Of a stretch of DNA of 64,000 nucleotides, positions 24,203 to 36,785 are shown piece by piece (the stretch's first letter is position 1; the number at the start of each line of letters is the position of its first letter). Source of the DNA: Octopus sinensis (lineage: Eukaryota); NCBI RefSeq assembly GCF_006345805.1, contig NC_043021.1:19654001-19718000 (forward strand), given 5' to 3'. A program made the position numbers and the translations under genes. The notes under the pieces were generated by a model that did no database searches, was not told the DNA's origin, and was given only the letters and a program-made list of their open reading frames with translations.

Positions 24203-25554
24203 GCTGGTTAGTGCTCGTATATATAGAATTTTATAAACTTATAATTTAATTACAAAGTATCAAACAGATATAATTTAATTACAAAACAGCAAACAGAAGT
24301 CTTTATGATAAACTTAGTTCTTTCGTTTTTTTTTTTTTTGACATCCGCTCTTCCATGCTTGCCTGGGTCAGACAGAATTTATTGAGGAGGAATTTTTCTA
24401 TAGCCGGACGCCCTTGCTGTCACCAACACTCACATGTTGCCAAATCTTCCATGAAAACATGCCTGGTCATGTTTTCACAGAAGATCAGAAACTAAGGATA
24501 CCGTTTGCATAACAGTGACACTCATTTACAACTATCACAAGATGTCAAACGAAGGAGATACAAATACATACATACATTGAATTAGTATAGTTTGCAGGAA
24601 GCACTGTCTGATATAGAAAAAAAATTTTTCATTTTTTAAAATAAAACAAAGCAAGTTATGATAAATAACCCTTTCTACTAAAGGCACCAAGCTTGAAACT
24701 TTGGGGGAGGTGTTAGTTGTCGTTATCATCATCATCTTTTAACGTTCACTTTCCATACTGGCATGGGTTGGACGATTTTGACTGAGGTCTGGCAAACCTG
24801 ATGGCTGCGCCAGGCTCCAATCTGATCTGGCAGAGTTTCTACAGCTGGATGCCCTTCCTAACGCAGACCACGCTGAGAGTGTAGTGGGTGCTTTTACGTG
24901 CCACCAGCACAAGGGCCAGCCAGGCAGTACTGGCAACGGCAAAAATGGTGCTCTTTATGTGCCACCTGCACAGAAGTCAGTCCAGTGGCACCAGCAATGA
25001 CCTCGCTCGAATGTTTTTACAGCAACCCAAGTGTACAACTAGGGCTTATTTTATTGACCCTGAAAGGATAAAAGATAAAGTCGACCTCGGCGGGATTTGA
25101 ACTCAGAACATAACAAAAGACAAAATGCCACTAAGCATTTTGTGCGGTGTGCTAACGACTCCCTGAAATAATAAATTTGGTTTGTACTTTTATCTTGTAT
25201 TTCAGTATTCCAGGGTTTCGGGTTTAGTACCCCTTCTTCAGGAAATCTTCAATAAAACGGTTCTGAAGAAGGCACCTTAAGACCCTGTCTTTGTGTTCTG
25301 TGTTCAAATTCTGCCATGGTCAACTTTGCCTTTCATCCTTTCAGAGTCGATTAAATAAGTACCAGTTACGCACTGCGGTCAATGTAATCCACTTAATCCC
25401 TTTGTCTGCCCGTGTTTGTCCCCTCTATGTTTAGCCCCTTGTGGACAATTAAGAAATAAATGTTGAAATACAAGGTAAAAATACAAACCATCGGCTTGCA
25501 TTATTTCTTATAACTTGCATTGTCTTGATTTAAAATAAACAAACATATATATAT

Positions 25555-25957
25555 AGGCACAGGAGTGGCTGTGTGGTAAGTAGCTTGCTTACCAACCACA
25601 CGGTTCCGGGTTCAGTCCCACTGCATGGCACCTTGGGCAAGTGTCTTCTACTGCAGCCTCGGAACGACCAAAGCCTTGTGACTGGATTTGGTAGACGGAA
25701 ACTGAAAGAAGCCCGTCGTGTATATATATGTGTGTGTGTGCGTTTGTGTGTCTGTGTTTGTCCCCCCACCAAAAAAAAAACATCGCTTGACAACCGATGC
25801 TGGTGTGTTTACATCCCCGTTACTTAGCGGTTCGGCAAAAGAGACCGATAGAATAAGTACTGGGCTTACAAAAGAATAAGTCCCGGGGTCGATTTGCTCG
25901 ACTAAAGGCGGTGCTCCAGCATGGCCGCAGTCAAATGACTGAAACAAGTAAAAGAGT
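25555..25957 (+). mobile_element. SINE family A
   Basis: Full-length copy. Confidence 0.85.
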
Positions 25958-26128
25958 ATATTTACACACACAAAATTTCCTGAACTACACGTATAAGTGT
26001 GTGTGTGTATATATATACACACCAAACATAACATACAACCACATATATAAACACCAAATACAACACTAACAAAAGCAGTCCATCTGAATGGGGGGAGGGC
26101 AAAAAACACAAAACCACAAAGAGCTTAC

Positions 26129-26304
26129 CCTTTCTCTTTCTAATCTTCTCTTTTCTTTCTCCTCATCAAGTCGCCTCTTTATCTCCTCTCTACGTGCGTT
26201 ACGTTCGGCAATCTTCTCCTGCTTCACTCTCTCCTTAAACGCTTCCCGTTCCTCGGGACTCATGCGCATGAATGCCATCTTTTCATCTTCAATCGCCTTC
26301 AATT
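26129..26304 (-). CDS. BAZ1A: BAZ1A exon (charged coiled coil): LKAIEDEKMAFMRMSPEEREAFKERVKQEK...RRLERER
   Basis: ttttgcag acceptor, gtaagc donor; 176 nt, phase 1 to 0. Confidence 0.9.
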
Positions 26305-26587
26305 CTGCAAAATGTAAAAAAAACACCATTACCTCATACACTGCTTTCAGCTATTGGACAGTGGCCGTAGGCGTAGGAGTGGCTGTGTGGTAAGTAGCTT
26401 GCTTACCAACCACATGGTTCTGGGTTCAGTCCCACTGTGTGGCACCTTGGGCAAGTGTTTTCTACTGTAGCCTCAGGCCAACCAAAACCCTGTGAGTAGA
26501 TTTGGTAGATGGAAACTGAAAGAAGCTCATTGTGTGTGTGTGTGTTGTGTGTGTGTATGTATATATATGTGTATGTATGTATATATA

Positions 26588-26675
<88 letters not shown>

Positions 26676-27228
26676 CATTTATATTATATTGAGGGTACTA
26701 CTATTCGTAGATACCAACACGCTAAGAGGGACCAATGCGGTCAAAACTACTAAAAATAAACAAAATTTTACCGAATGCAAAACTTCAAAACACATCATTT
26801 TAAAAAAGAATTCAGTTACATACCACATGTGATTTCGCATTTAAATGCAGAATATGCATTTTTATGTTCATCAGTGCAACAAACTCAAGAAATATAAGAG
26901 AAAAACATAACATTACAAGCTCGATAGCCAACCGTAGAATTCGTCGTAGCATGTCCGAATGTTTATCTTTACATATCTATGAAAATGGCGGGCTTATTCG
27001 CAATGCATTTCGGTAACAAATTGTCTCGTCGGAATAAAAATTCAGTATTGAACTATTCCGGTGAAAAATATAAATTAACAATTGAGGATAAAATCTTTAA
27101 AAGAAATTATCAGTTAATATATATATATATGTGTGTGTGTGGTGTGTATATATATATATGTGTGTGTGTGTGTGTATATATATAATATATGTGTGTGTGT
27201 GTGTGTATATATATTGTGTGTGTGTGTG

Positions 27229-27287
<59 letters not shown>

Positions 27288-28046
27288 TATGTAGGTTTGT
27301 GTCTGGGTATGTCCCCACCACCATTGCTTGACAACCAATGCTGGTGTGTTTACGTCTCCGTAACTTAGCAATTCGGCAAAACAGACCGATAGAATAAGTC
27401 CTGGGGTCGATTTGTTTGACTAAAGGAGGTGCTCCAGCATGGCTACAGTTAAATGACAAACAGATAAAAGAATACAGGAGGCAAATCCTCCAAGGGGTTT
27501 CAACTTTTGTCTTGTACTGTGGCCGTGTGGCAAGAAGTTTCCTTCAAAGCTCCATGGTTCCCAGTTCACAGACGAGGTTTCGGTTAAGGTGAGGTTACGG
27601 TCGGCCTGGGGTTACAGTACAAGACAGAAGGATTAACAGAGATGCTACACAGGGGGATTGACCCCAGGATCCTGTGACGGCAAGCTGAATTTTTTAGTAT
27701 ATGATAAGGAATGTTGATCAGTTAGAAATGACAGCCAAAATAAATACAAAGGATACAATAGACAACATAACCCATGATATACAACAAGATGATCAAGAAC
27801 ATCATTTACAATGGACAGAGAGCTGTCCTCACCTTGTTTGGTGTTACCATGTTTCAGCCGATGTACTCTATTCTCACTCCTAAAGTATTCTTTGTTGATA
27901 TTATTTCCCAAGACCCTGCCTAGGATTGAACTCAGCATCAGAGGGTTAGTAGCCTGCACTCATATCCGCTATGCGATATGCCCATAGGTAATTATCGAGT
28001 GAATTTTGGGGCTTATAAACCTAATATTTTCTCTTTTCTTAATACT

Positions 28047-28276
28047 TATTTCTTTAGTACCCACAAGGGGCTAAACACAGAGGGGACAAACAAGGACAGA
28101 CATAGGAAATTAAGTCGATTACATCGACCCCAGTGCGTAACTGGTACTTAATTATCGACCCCGAAAGGATGAAAGGCAAAGTCGACCTCGGCGGAATTTG
28201 AACTCACAACGTAACGCAGACGAAATACCGCTAAGCATTTCGCCCGGCGTGAAACGATTCTGCCAGCTCGTCGCCT
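28047..28276 (-). mobile_element. SINE family B
   Basis: Full-length copy flanked by ttaatac. Confidence 0.8.
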
Positions 28277-28419
28277 TAATACTGCCTGGGACTGAACTCA
28301 GCATCTGAGGGTCAGTAGCCTGCACTCATATCCACTATGCGATATGCCCATAGGTAATTATCGAGTGAATTTGGGGGCTTATAAACCTAATATTTTACCT
28401 TTTCTTAATACTGGTTCCG

Positions 28420-29090
28420 ATAATTACATTCCTATCTGCACCAAGTCTGCTTAGGAGGTGATTGTGTCCTAGCATATGTGCAGCCTCTTAATTTTCGTAT
28501 TTTCCATACATGTATAGGCTATACCCGATTTTTCAGTATCCCCTCATATCAGCTTTACGATGTTCCTCTACCCTTATTTTAAGGGAGTGGCATGTTTCGC
28601 CTTTGTATATAACCTACTGCAACTGCATGGGGTGGAGTACACCCAGCCAACCTTCAAGGACAATACCATAACTTCAATTCCCACCATCCATACAGTATAA
28701 AGAGAGGGACTGCTAAGTGCCCCAAACATCGAGCAAAGACTATAAGAACGATCCTGATACCACAAAGAAACAACCTCCTAACGAACAACTACCACTCCAA
28801 TTAGGAAGAAGGGAGAGGATGACACCCATAAACTGACCACAGTCTGTCTACCCAGGGTCAAAAGCCTCTTGGAAAAGATACAAAAGATATGCGGTCCATA
28901 TGACATCAGGACAATATTCAGAAGTAATAGAACACTTTGAAAATATCTTCTCCAAGTAAAAACCACCCATAGAAAAGAATATAACGAAAAACTGTGTGTA
29001 CTCCATCCCATACAGTTGTGGTATGTTATACAAAGGCAAAACATGCTACCCCCTTAAAATAAGGGTAGAGGAACATCATAAAGGTGTGAT
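28420..29090. mobile_element. Penelope-like element remnant (GIY-YIG region) with inverted duplication
   Basis: Plus strand reads NCVYSIPYSCGMLYKGKTCYPLKIRVEEHHK; 28552-28642 is the reverse complement of 28996-29084. Confidence 0.8.
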
Positions 29091-29218
29091 ATTAATTTAT
29101 CGACCCCGAAAGTATAAGTTGACCTCAGCAGAATTTGAACTCAGAACGTAAAGACAGGCGAAATACCACGAAGCATTTCGCCCAGCATGCTAACATTTCT
29201 GCCAGCTCAATGTCTTAA

Positions 29219-29439
29219 CCCTTTCATTACTGTATTTATTTTGAGATGCTCTGTGTTTCTTTCAATTATTTTAAATATAACAAAGAATTTAGTAAAATAA
29301 CTTAGTTATCATTAAGCTAGTGTTAGGAACATAAATTGTGACTAAGGTTTGGTGGTATATTTTGATGCAAAACTTATGAAAACAAGACATTTGTACTACA
29401 GAGCCAGAGCCGGTTTTGGCCGGGTTAGTAACGAAAGGG
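29219..29439. mobile_element. piggyBac-like MITE, family 1
   Basis: TTAA|CCCTTTCATTAC...GTAACGAAAGGG|TTAA. Confidence 0.8.
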
Positions 29440-29719
29440 TTAAACAGTACACAAACTGTCAATAGCCTGGACCTGCCAGTCCAGTTAGCAAGTAACTGCT
29501 ATCATCTTTAGTCATGGCATGAACAGATGCGATATTTCAGCAAGTGAAGAACCGGTGTGACTAAAACCCACGCCAGACGTCCACACCACATCACTTGATC
29601 AGGACTCTTCTGGCGTGGAAAAGTTGCACTGGTCCAGGCTAGTCACTCAACTAGATGAGGACTTAATTTGAAATTTAAGAGTAACAAAAGAAAAAAGCAA
29701 AAAAAAATTCTATTCTTAC

Positions 29720-29945
29720 GTTTGTTTTTATCTGATAAGTTATTGTTCTTCTTTGCGTCATTGCCTCGCATAGTGTAGTCGTTCATACTGTTGTCGGAAG
29801 GACTCTGGGACATGATATTGAGATTTGGATTCAAATAGGAGTTCTTCTTCCTCTTGGCTTGTGACACAGCAAACAAAGGTTTCGGGCCAGCAAAAAAGCT
29901 CTCAAAACGTAACTCCATCAACTTTAATGATTTTATTATGCTATC
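29720..29945 (-). CDS. BAZ1A: BAZ1A exon: DSIIKSLKLMELRFESFFAGPKPLFAVSQAKRKK...SDKNK
   Basis: tatttcag acceptor, gtaaga donor; 226 nt, phase 0 to 1; FESFFAGPKPLF resembles 'FSYFFPDDPPTF'. Confidence 0.9.
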
Positions 29946-30062
29946 CTGAAATATAAAAGTGAAAAGCAAGGAGAAACATTAATATATATTTTTGCAAGGG
30001 GATGCCCCAGCATGACCTTGGTCAAGACTGAAACAAGTAAAAGATCAAAGAGTGTATGTGTA

Positions 30063-30105
<43 letters not shown>

Positions 30106-30229
30106 GAATAAGGGTAGAAATTGATATTAATTAATTAAAACCAGTGGCCTAGCATATTAAAGAAATCCAAAGATTAAAATATTTTTACATACAAAATATG
30201 TAAAAAATCCTTTAAATTTTATATATATA

Positions 30230-30660
30230 TACTAGCAGTATAGCCCAGCGTTGCTCAGGTTTGTTTTTTTAGTTGCGCTTAAAACGGCAGACTTTGATGT
30301 CGCGCTAACAAAGTTTTGTTCGCTCAAAACCAATGACATCACAAAAAATTTCTTTTTGACCCTTTAGAATTGGAATTTTTGAAAAGTAAAAATTTTGCAT
30401 TATGTAGTGAACATTTTTCTGGTTGAAATACACTGAAAAATGGCGACACAGCAGTAAAAAAAATCATAAATAGGGATTTTCATAGAAAAAAAAAAGCATC
30501 TTTTTGATGTAAATAATTTTTGGTCTTAACATGGTCCAATTTGAATTTTTTCTTCTACGGAATGAAGAGCAAGCCTTCTATCATATTCTCAATTTTAGTC
30601 AACCTGCCACACACACACATACACAACATCAGCTTTATATATATATATATATATATATAT
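30230..30660 (+). mobile_element. Possible non-autonomous Helitron-like element
   Basis: Starts atactagc...cccagcgttgctcagg, has (ca)n, ends cagctttatatata; reverse-oriented end fragment near 9627-9760. Class assigned by resemblance only. Confidence 0.4.
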
Positions 30661-31785
30661 ATCTCACCGTGATCATCGTGACCGTCCAGGCTATCAGATG
30701 TTGCTACACATCGCTGGTCACAATGCGCTTTGCATTGTTTTAGCCTTCAAATGATGCCACCCCACTGGCTAAGCGAGCAGGCCAACAGAAGAAAGAGTGA
30801 GAGAAAGTTGTGGCGAAAGAGTACAGCAGGGATCGCCACCACCACCCTGCCGGAGCCTCGTGGACCTTTAGGTGTTTTCGCTCAAGAAACACTCACAACG
30901 CCCGGTCTGGGAATCAAAACCGCGATCTTACGACCACGAGTCCGCTGCCCTAACCACTGGGCCATTGTGCCTCCACACACACACATACATACATACATAC
31001 ACACACACAAGCAGCTAGCAGTTTTCTGCTAGCCACTTGATAATCTTTTCACATTTGATTCCTAATTCTAATAATTTTTTATATTGTCTACTGTTATGTC
31101 TTTGCTGCTAAATGTTCTTTTTCAGTCGCATAGTTTGGCATTCTTTTGGTTGAACCTGCAGAAATGCCAAAATGGACAGCTGGTTTTTGTTCATTAATTT
31201 CTGTAAAAACCTCTTATCTATTTACTTTGTTTTAAAGTGAAAGATGTATGTGCGTGTATGTAAAATGGACATGAAATAGAGATGCCACTTAGACATCTCT
31301 TCCTCTTTCCCACACACACACACCAAAAAGATGTGTGCATATGTATTTATGTATGTACACATACATGACAAAACATCTCTTCACTCTCTCACACACACAC
31401 ACACAAAAACACGTACATAAATGTATACAAGCATACATACAAAAACACGCATGACAGACTGACTACAAATACATAGAGCTGAACATGGTGCACAAAAAGT
31501 AAATAAATAAAATAATTTTAAGGAAATTAACAAAGAGTGCAGGTTCAAGAAAAAGAATGCCCATATTTTTTTGGACACCCCATGTTAAATTGCAAAATTA
31601 TAACGTAAGTTAAGTTGACAGTATACAACAACTCTATCGCCCCACCACTGTACATATCTCTAGGAGATATTTAGAAATTTAATATTTCTGATTTTGGTGA
31701 TCAGTGAATAAACTTCACTGAAAATTAGATATATATATATTTACGAAGTCTAGACAGATATCTTCAGCTAGCAGGCCTCTGCTAC

Positions 31786-31832
31786 TCTAGACCGATGACG
31801 GGCAAAGACCCTGAAACATGCGTGTCTCTAGA
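31786..31832 (+). ncRNA. Degenerate type I hammerhead motif inside a long imperfect hairpin
   Basis: UCUAGA-CCGAUGA-c-GGG(caaaga)CCC-u-GAAAC-augcgu-GUC-UCUAGA; U4 is replaced by C. Confidence 0.5.
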
Positions 31833-32527
31833 TGCAGGCCTGGCTGCTGGGGGTGTTTGTCTCCCCTTCGTAAATATATAAGAACACAGGAAATGTGTCG
31901 AAGCTGACAGGAAGCGTCGATGCTTCCTAGGGCTAAACAGGGGTGGTGTAATTCCCTTACAGGACTGTCATGTTAAGTTGACAGTACACAACCATTCTAT
32001 TGCCCCACCACCGTACATATCTCTATGAGATATTTAGAAATTTAATATTTCTAATTTTGATGTAATATTTGTGTAATAATGAAAACAAACCTGGAGTGTG
32101 TGTATGTGTTTATATTACAGAGACTGTGTGTGTGTATGATGGAGTAAGTACCAGGGAATAACTATACACACAACAGTTACTTGCTTTGCTAGAAATAGCA
32201 ACAAAAACCTTTAACTGTTTAGCATTCAGATTGCTCAGTCAAATGTATTGATCATTTAATCACATTGTTTTGAATTAATCATGCATTATCTCATATCTTC
32301 CGAGATTTTGATAATGTGGATGTTCATTTCTGGAATGACATTGTAGGGTATGTCTGAGAGACCTGATCTGGCCAGTTTGAACATAAAACAAGTAGAATAC
32401 TTAGGCTGGATATGGCCGGTTTAAATGCTAAATGGTTAAATCACACCCTACTGGCCTGGTAGGGAAGTCGAATAAGGAAGACCCTTAACCAATCAGTCAA
32501 GCGATAAAAACCAAATCAATTTCTTAC

Positions 32528-32615
32528 CTTTACTGTCCATACGCCGTCAACGACGTAACAATTCTGTTTTAAGAATAATTTACTTTTGTCCCTGGTATAG
32601 AGTCCCTTTTTACGA
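32528..32615 (-). CDS. BAZ1A: BAZ1A exon: RKKGLYTRDKSKLFLKQNCYVVDGVWTVK
   Basis: ttacttgcag acceptor, gtaaga donor; 88 nt, phase 2 to 0; RDKSKLFLKQ is conserved. Confidence 0.93.
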
Positions 32616-33668
32616 CTGCAAGTAAAGACAAAATAACTGTCAACGAAAGTGAACAGCACACAGGGGGTTAAAGATGAAGAGATGGGAGTTTATGAGAGGG
32701 AGGGCATCATGGGAGAAAGGGTTACAAGAGAGGGGGGGGTTATGGGAGTAAAGATTTCTGAAAGAAAATTTCATCTGGGGAGGGAGTTTATGAGAGGGAG
32801 GGCATCATGGAAGAAAGGGTTACGAGAAGGGGGGATTATAGGAGAAAAGTTAGATTTCTGAAAGAAAATTTCATCGTGAAAATAATATGAAATCAAACTT
32901 TTATTTTAGACAAGCAGAAGGACCTGGTTTCACCCAGGGGTAAATATTTCATAAAGGACCTGTTGCCATTATGGTACAAAATGTCCTTTACTTTCTTGTA
33001 CATAGCAAATGCACAAACACGCACACACTCACAGACACATACACACTCATATACAAAAGGTGACGCCATCACCGTCATATAAAATGTCCTTTACTATATA
33101 GCTGACTATTAGAAAGATTATTTGAGAAAATGTTATATTGTTTCTATCCAAATCATCATCATCATCATTTAGCGTCCGCTTTCCATGCTAGCATGGGTTG
33201 GACGGTTCAACTGGGGTCTGTGAAGCCAGAAGGCTGCATCAGGCCCAGTCTGATCTGGCAGTGTTTCTACGGCTGGATGCCCTTCCTAAGATAAAAATTA
33301 CATGTTGACACTGGCAGGATCTAATACTATTACCTTGTAAAATTTGATTTGATGGGGCTGTTTGAGAATGCATAGGGAATAGGCAGACAGACAAAATTTT
33401 ATATAGAGAGAGATTGATACACACACACTCAAGCATATGTACATATTTAGATGTGCACTAATACATATTTATGCACATATGCACGTACATGCATACACAC
33501 TCATATGTGTGTGTGTATATATATATATACATACATACACACTCATGTGTGTGTGTGTGTATATATATATATTAATAAATTTTAGGGCAGCAAAAAATTC
33601 TAGAAAAATTCTCTGCTACCAGCGGTCAAGTGAGTAAGAAAAGATAGTCAATAGACTATGTAATATAC

Positions 33669-33813
33669 ATTCAAACATATAAGGGATGTCTATAATAGGA
33701 CATCTGACTCACTAGAAAGAGCAGTTAAACTCCAAACCACTATATTAGTGGTTTGGAGTTTAACTGCTCTTTCTAGTGAGTCGGATGTCCTATTATGGCC
33801 ACCCTTTATATGT

Positions 33814-33819
<6 letters not shown>
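33669..33819. repeat. Near-perfect palindrome, ~51-bp core arms extendable to ~75 bp, 3-nt loop
   Basis: Core arms 33692-33742 and 33746-33796, one G.T mismatch. Confidence 0.92.
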
Positions 33820-33893
<74 letters not shown>

Positions 33894-35619
33894 ACATACA
33901 TACACATTCACACACACATATATAAGACAGACAGAACCAACCTTTGGAATACTAGACTGAGTTTTAGAGGAAAGCTATTCTATAAATGCTAAAAAAAACC
34001 ACAGGACACATTTAGCTGGAAGTTATCTTGGAAATTGCAAATAACTTCTGCAACTTGGTTGTAGCTCAAAAGACCCACAGGTGAAACAGTCTGCTGACCA
34101 ACAAAAATGTTTCTGTATTAGTGTTTAGAACAAAAACTAGCAGGAAATGTAGTCTCACTTGAATTAGTGCTTTTTTTTTTTTTTTGCACACCTACACAGG
34201 TATACCACACCTGATTTTATTTCTTCATAACTTTCAGGAACATGAGTATTTCTCAAGGAAATTTTTTACAAAAACTTTTCAGACAGTTTAGATTACGATT
34301 ACAACAGAGCTTAATGTAAAAAAAAAAAAAAGACTTTCAAAATTGATGGGTGTCCACAGACTGGAACGCATTTCTTTCAAAATTCCAAGTTTCATTTTGC
34401 AAATATATATAAATATATATATATGATGTGTGCAGGCCATCTACAACATCTAAAAAGTATTTGCACAAAATTTCATTAAAAAATACCTATTCTCTGCAAG
34501 TTATGAGGAAACAAAGTCAACTCACGCAAATGAAATATCCCAAACTCCTCTCCCACCCATCAAGAATTTTTTGCAGCAAATTCCAATATAATTGAAATCT
34601 ATACCATCTGAAAGGTATCTATAGACTACTATTAATTAATATCAGACATTAACGGTCTTTTCTTCACCACCTAATTATTTCTGATTAGCTTTTTAACCCT
34701 TTAGCATTCAGATTACTCTGTTTAATGTAATATTTATTAATATTCATCATCATCCTCGTTAAACGCCCGCTTTCCATGCTAGCATGGGTTGGAGGATTTT
34801 GACTGAGGGCTCGTGAACCAGATGGCTGCACCAGGCTCCAATCTGATCTGGCAGAGTTTCTACAGCTGGATGCCCTTCTTAACGCCAACCATTTCCGAGA
34901 GTGTAGTGAGTGCTTTCTATGTGCCACCAGCACAGGGGCCAGTCAGGCAGTACTGGCAACGACCTCGCACGAATCATTCTACACATACCACCAGCACAAG
35001 TGCCAGTAAGGCAATGTTGGTAACGATCACGCTCGAATGGTGCCCTTTTACGTGCCACTGGCACAGAAGCCAGTTGGCTGCTCTGGCAACGATCACGCTT
35101 GGATGGTGCTCTTGGCACCCTACTAGCACAGGCACAAGTGCCAGTAAGGCGATGCTGGTAACGATCACGTTCAAGAAATTAACCATACAGTATCTCATAC
35201 CATTGAAATTTTTATGATGTGGTTATATATTTTTAGAATGACACTGTAGGGTAGGTGTAAGAGGCCAGATCTGGCTGGTTTGAGCACAAGTCTCCGTCAC
35301 TTAGCGGTTCGGCAAAAGAGACCGATAGAATAAGTACTGGGCTTACAAAGAATAAGTCCCGGGGTCGAGTTGCTCGATTAAAGGCGGTGCTCCAGCATGG
35401 CCGCAGTCAAATGACTGAAACAAGTAAAAGAGAGAGAGAGTAAAGAGTAGAATATTTGGGTTGGATATGGCCAGCTTAAATCCTAAAGGATTAAGGCTCA
35501 CTTAACAGAAATGAGTGTTTGGCAGGATCACACCCACACGCCTCTCTCTTTCTCAACAATTCACACACTTTGCAGACCTATCAAACCAGATGCTCAAAAC
35601 AGAAAGATCAATAACTTAC

Positions 35620-35724
35620 CTGATCTGTACAGTTTTCACAGTGAGTGTTTCGTCTGACATTGTGTCTTTGACAACATATGTGTATAAGGTCGGATCAAGT
35701 CCCTGGTTCTGACTCTTTTCGTTC
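35620..35724 (-). CDS. BAZ1A: BAZ1A exon: NEKSQNQGLDPTLYTYVVKDTMSDETLTVKTVQI(S)
   Basis: cgttaacag acceptor, gtaagt donor; 105 nt, phase 2 to 2; LDPTLYTYVV resembles 'IDPLLFKYKV'. Confidence 0.88.
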
Positions 35725-36683
35725 CTGTTAACGAAGATCAGCATTAGTCTAAGTACATCAATAACGACATGCATGAAAACTAATTAACAATGCAGCCACT
35801 ACGTGTGCCATTTAGAAAGAGCAGCCAAATCAAACTCATATCACACCATACCAATCTTAAAAAGAGAAAAGGAAGGACACATGCTCACAAGGGTTCCTCT
35901 ATATGGATACTTGATAAGCTAGAAATAACACCCAAACCTCTTTCAAATCAAAGCATTCTGTCTTAAAAAAGAAGAAAAATCGAACAAGAGACCAAGCCTC
36001 AATACAGTGACTTAACATGCTAGAAATAGATACACAATCATCATCATTTAACTTTCACTTTTCCATACTTGAATGGGTCAGACAGTTTATTAGAGGCAGA
36101 TTTTCTATGACTGTATACCATTCCTGTCGCCAACCTTCGCCTGTTTCCAACCTAGGTAATATTTCCCCATGGCCAGAAATGTTCTCAGAATATTGGAAAT
36201 GAATGACACTGCTTGTATAACAGTGACACTCATTTACAACTATCACGCAATGTCAAGACAAGACGGTAAAAATGCACCCGCACACATTTAGTATGATGGG
36301 CTTTTTTTTCAATTTCCATCTACCAAACCCAACTCAAAAGGCTTAGGTCGACCCGAGGTTAGAGCAGAAGACACTTGCTCAAATTGCCATACAGTGGGAC
36401 TGAACCAGGAACCATCACGCAGAGACGTAAACTGCTCACCACACATCACACTCCAAAAATCCAAATACCAAATTATATTTTCACACAAATTTCTCGTTTT
36501 GGAAAGACAACTAGAAAGAGGGTACATAATACACAAAATATGTACCCTACGTCCATTATACAGCTTTGACTTATAAAATTGCATCCTCTGGTTTTAGTAC
36601 CAGGATCCACCCCTAAGTGTGTATTAACACACACACACACACACACACACAAACATTTAAAGGTATAAGAGATGAACACAAAC

Positions 36684-36785
36684 CCTATCCCATCTTCTGT
36701 TCCATCTTCTACATCGCCATTAATGGCATGTTTCTGGATTTGTTCTTCTGTTGGTGGTATGATACACACTATTTTGTATGGTTTG
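36684..36785 (-). CDS. BAZ1A: BAZ1A exon: KPYKIVCIIPPTEEQIQKHAINGDVEDGTEDGI(G)
   Basis: ctctttcag acceptor, gtttgt donor; 102 nt, phase 2 to 2; joins the WAC exon in frame. Confidence 0.85.

Noticed and set aside
32684-32875. G-rich ~97-bp tandem duplication (possible G-quadruplex) and degenerate ~22-bp purine repeats at 15530-15750
   Set aside because: Ordinary low-complexity intronic repeats with no further structure to support a function.
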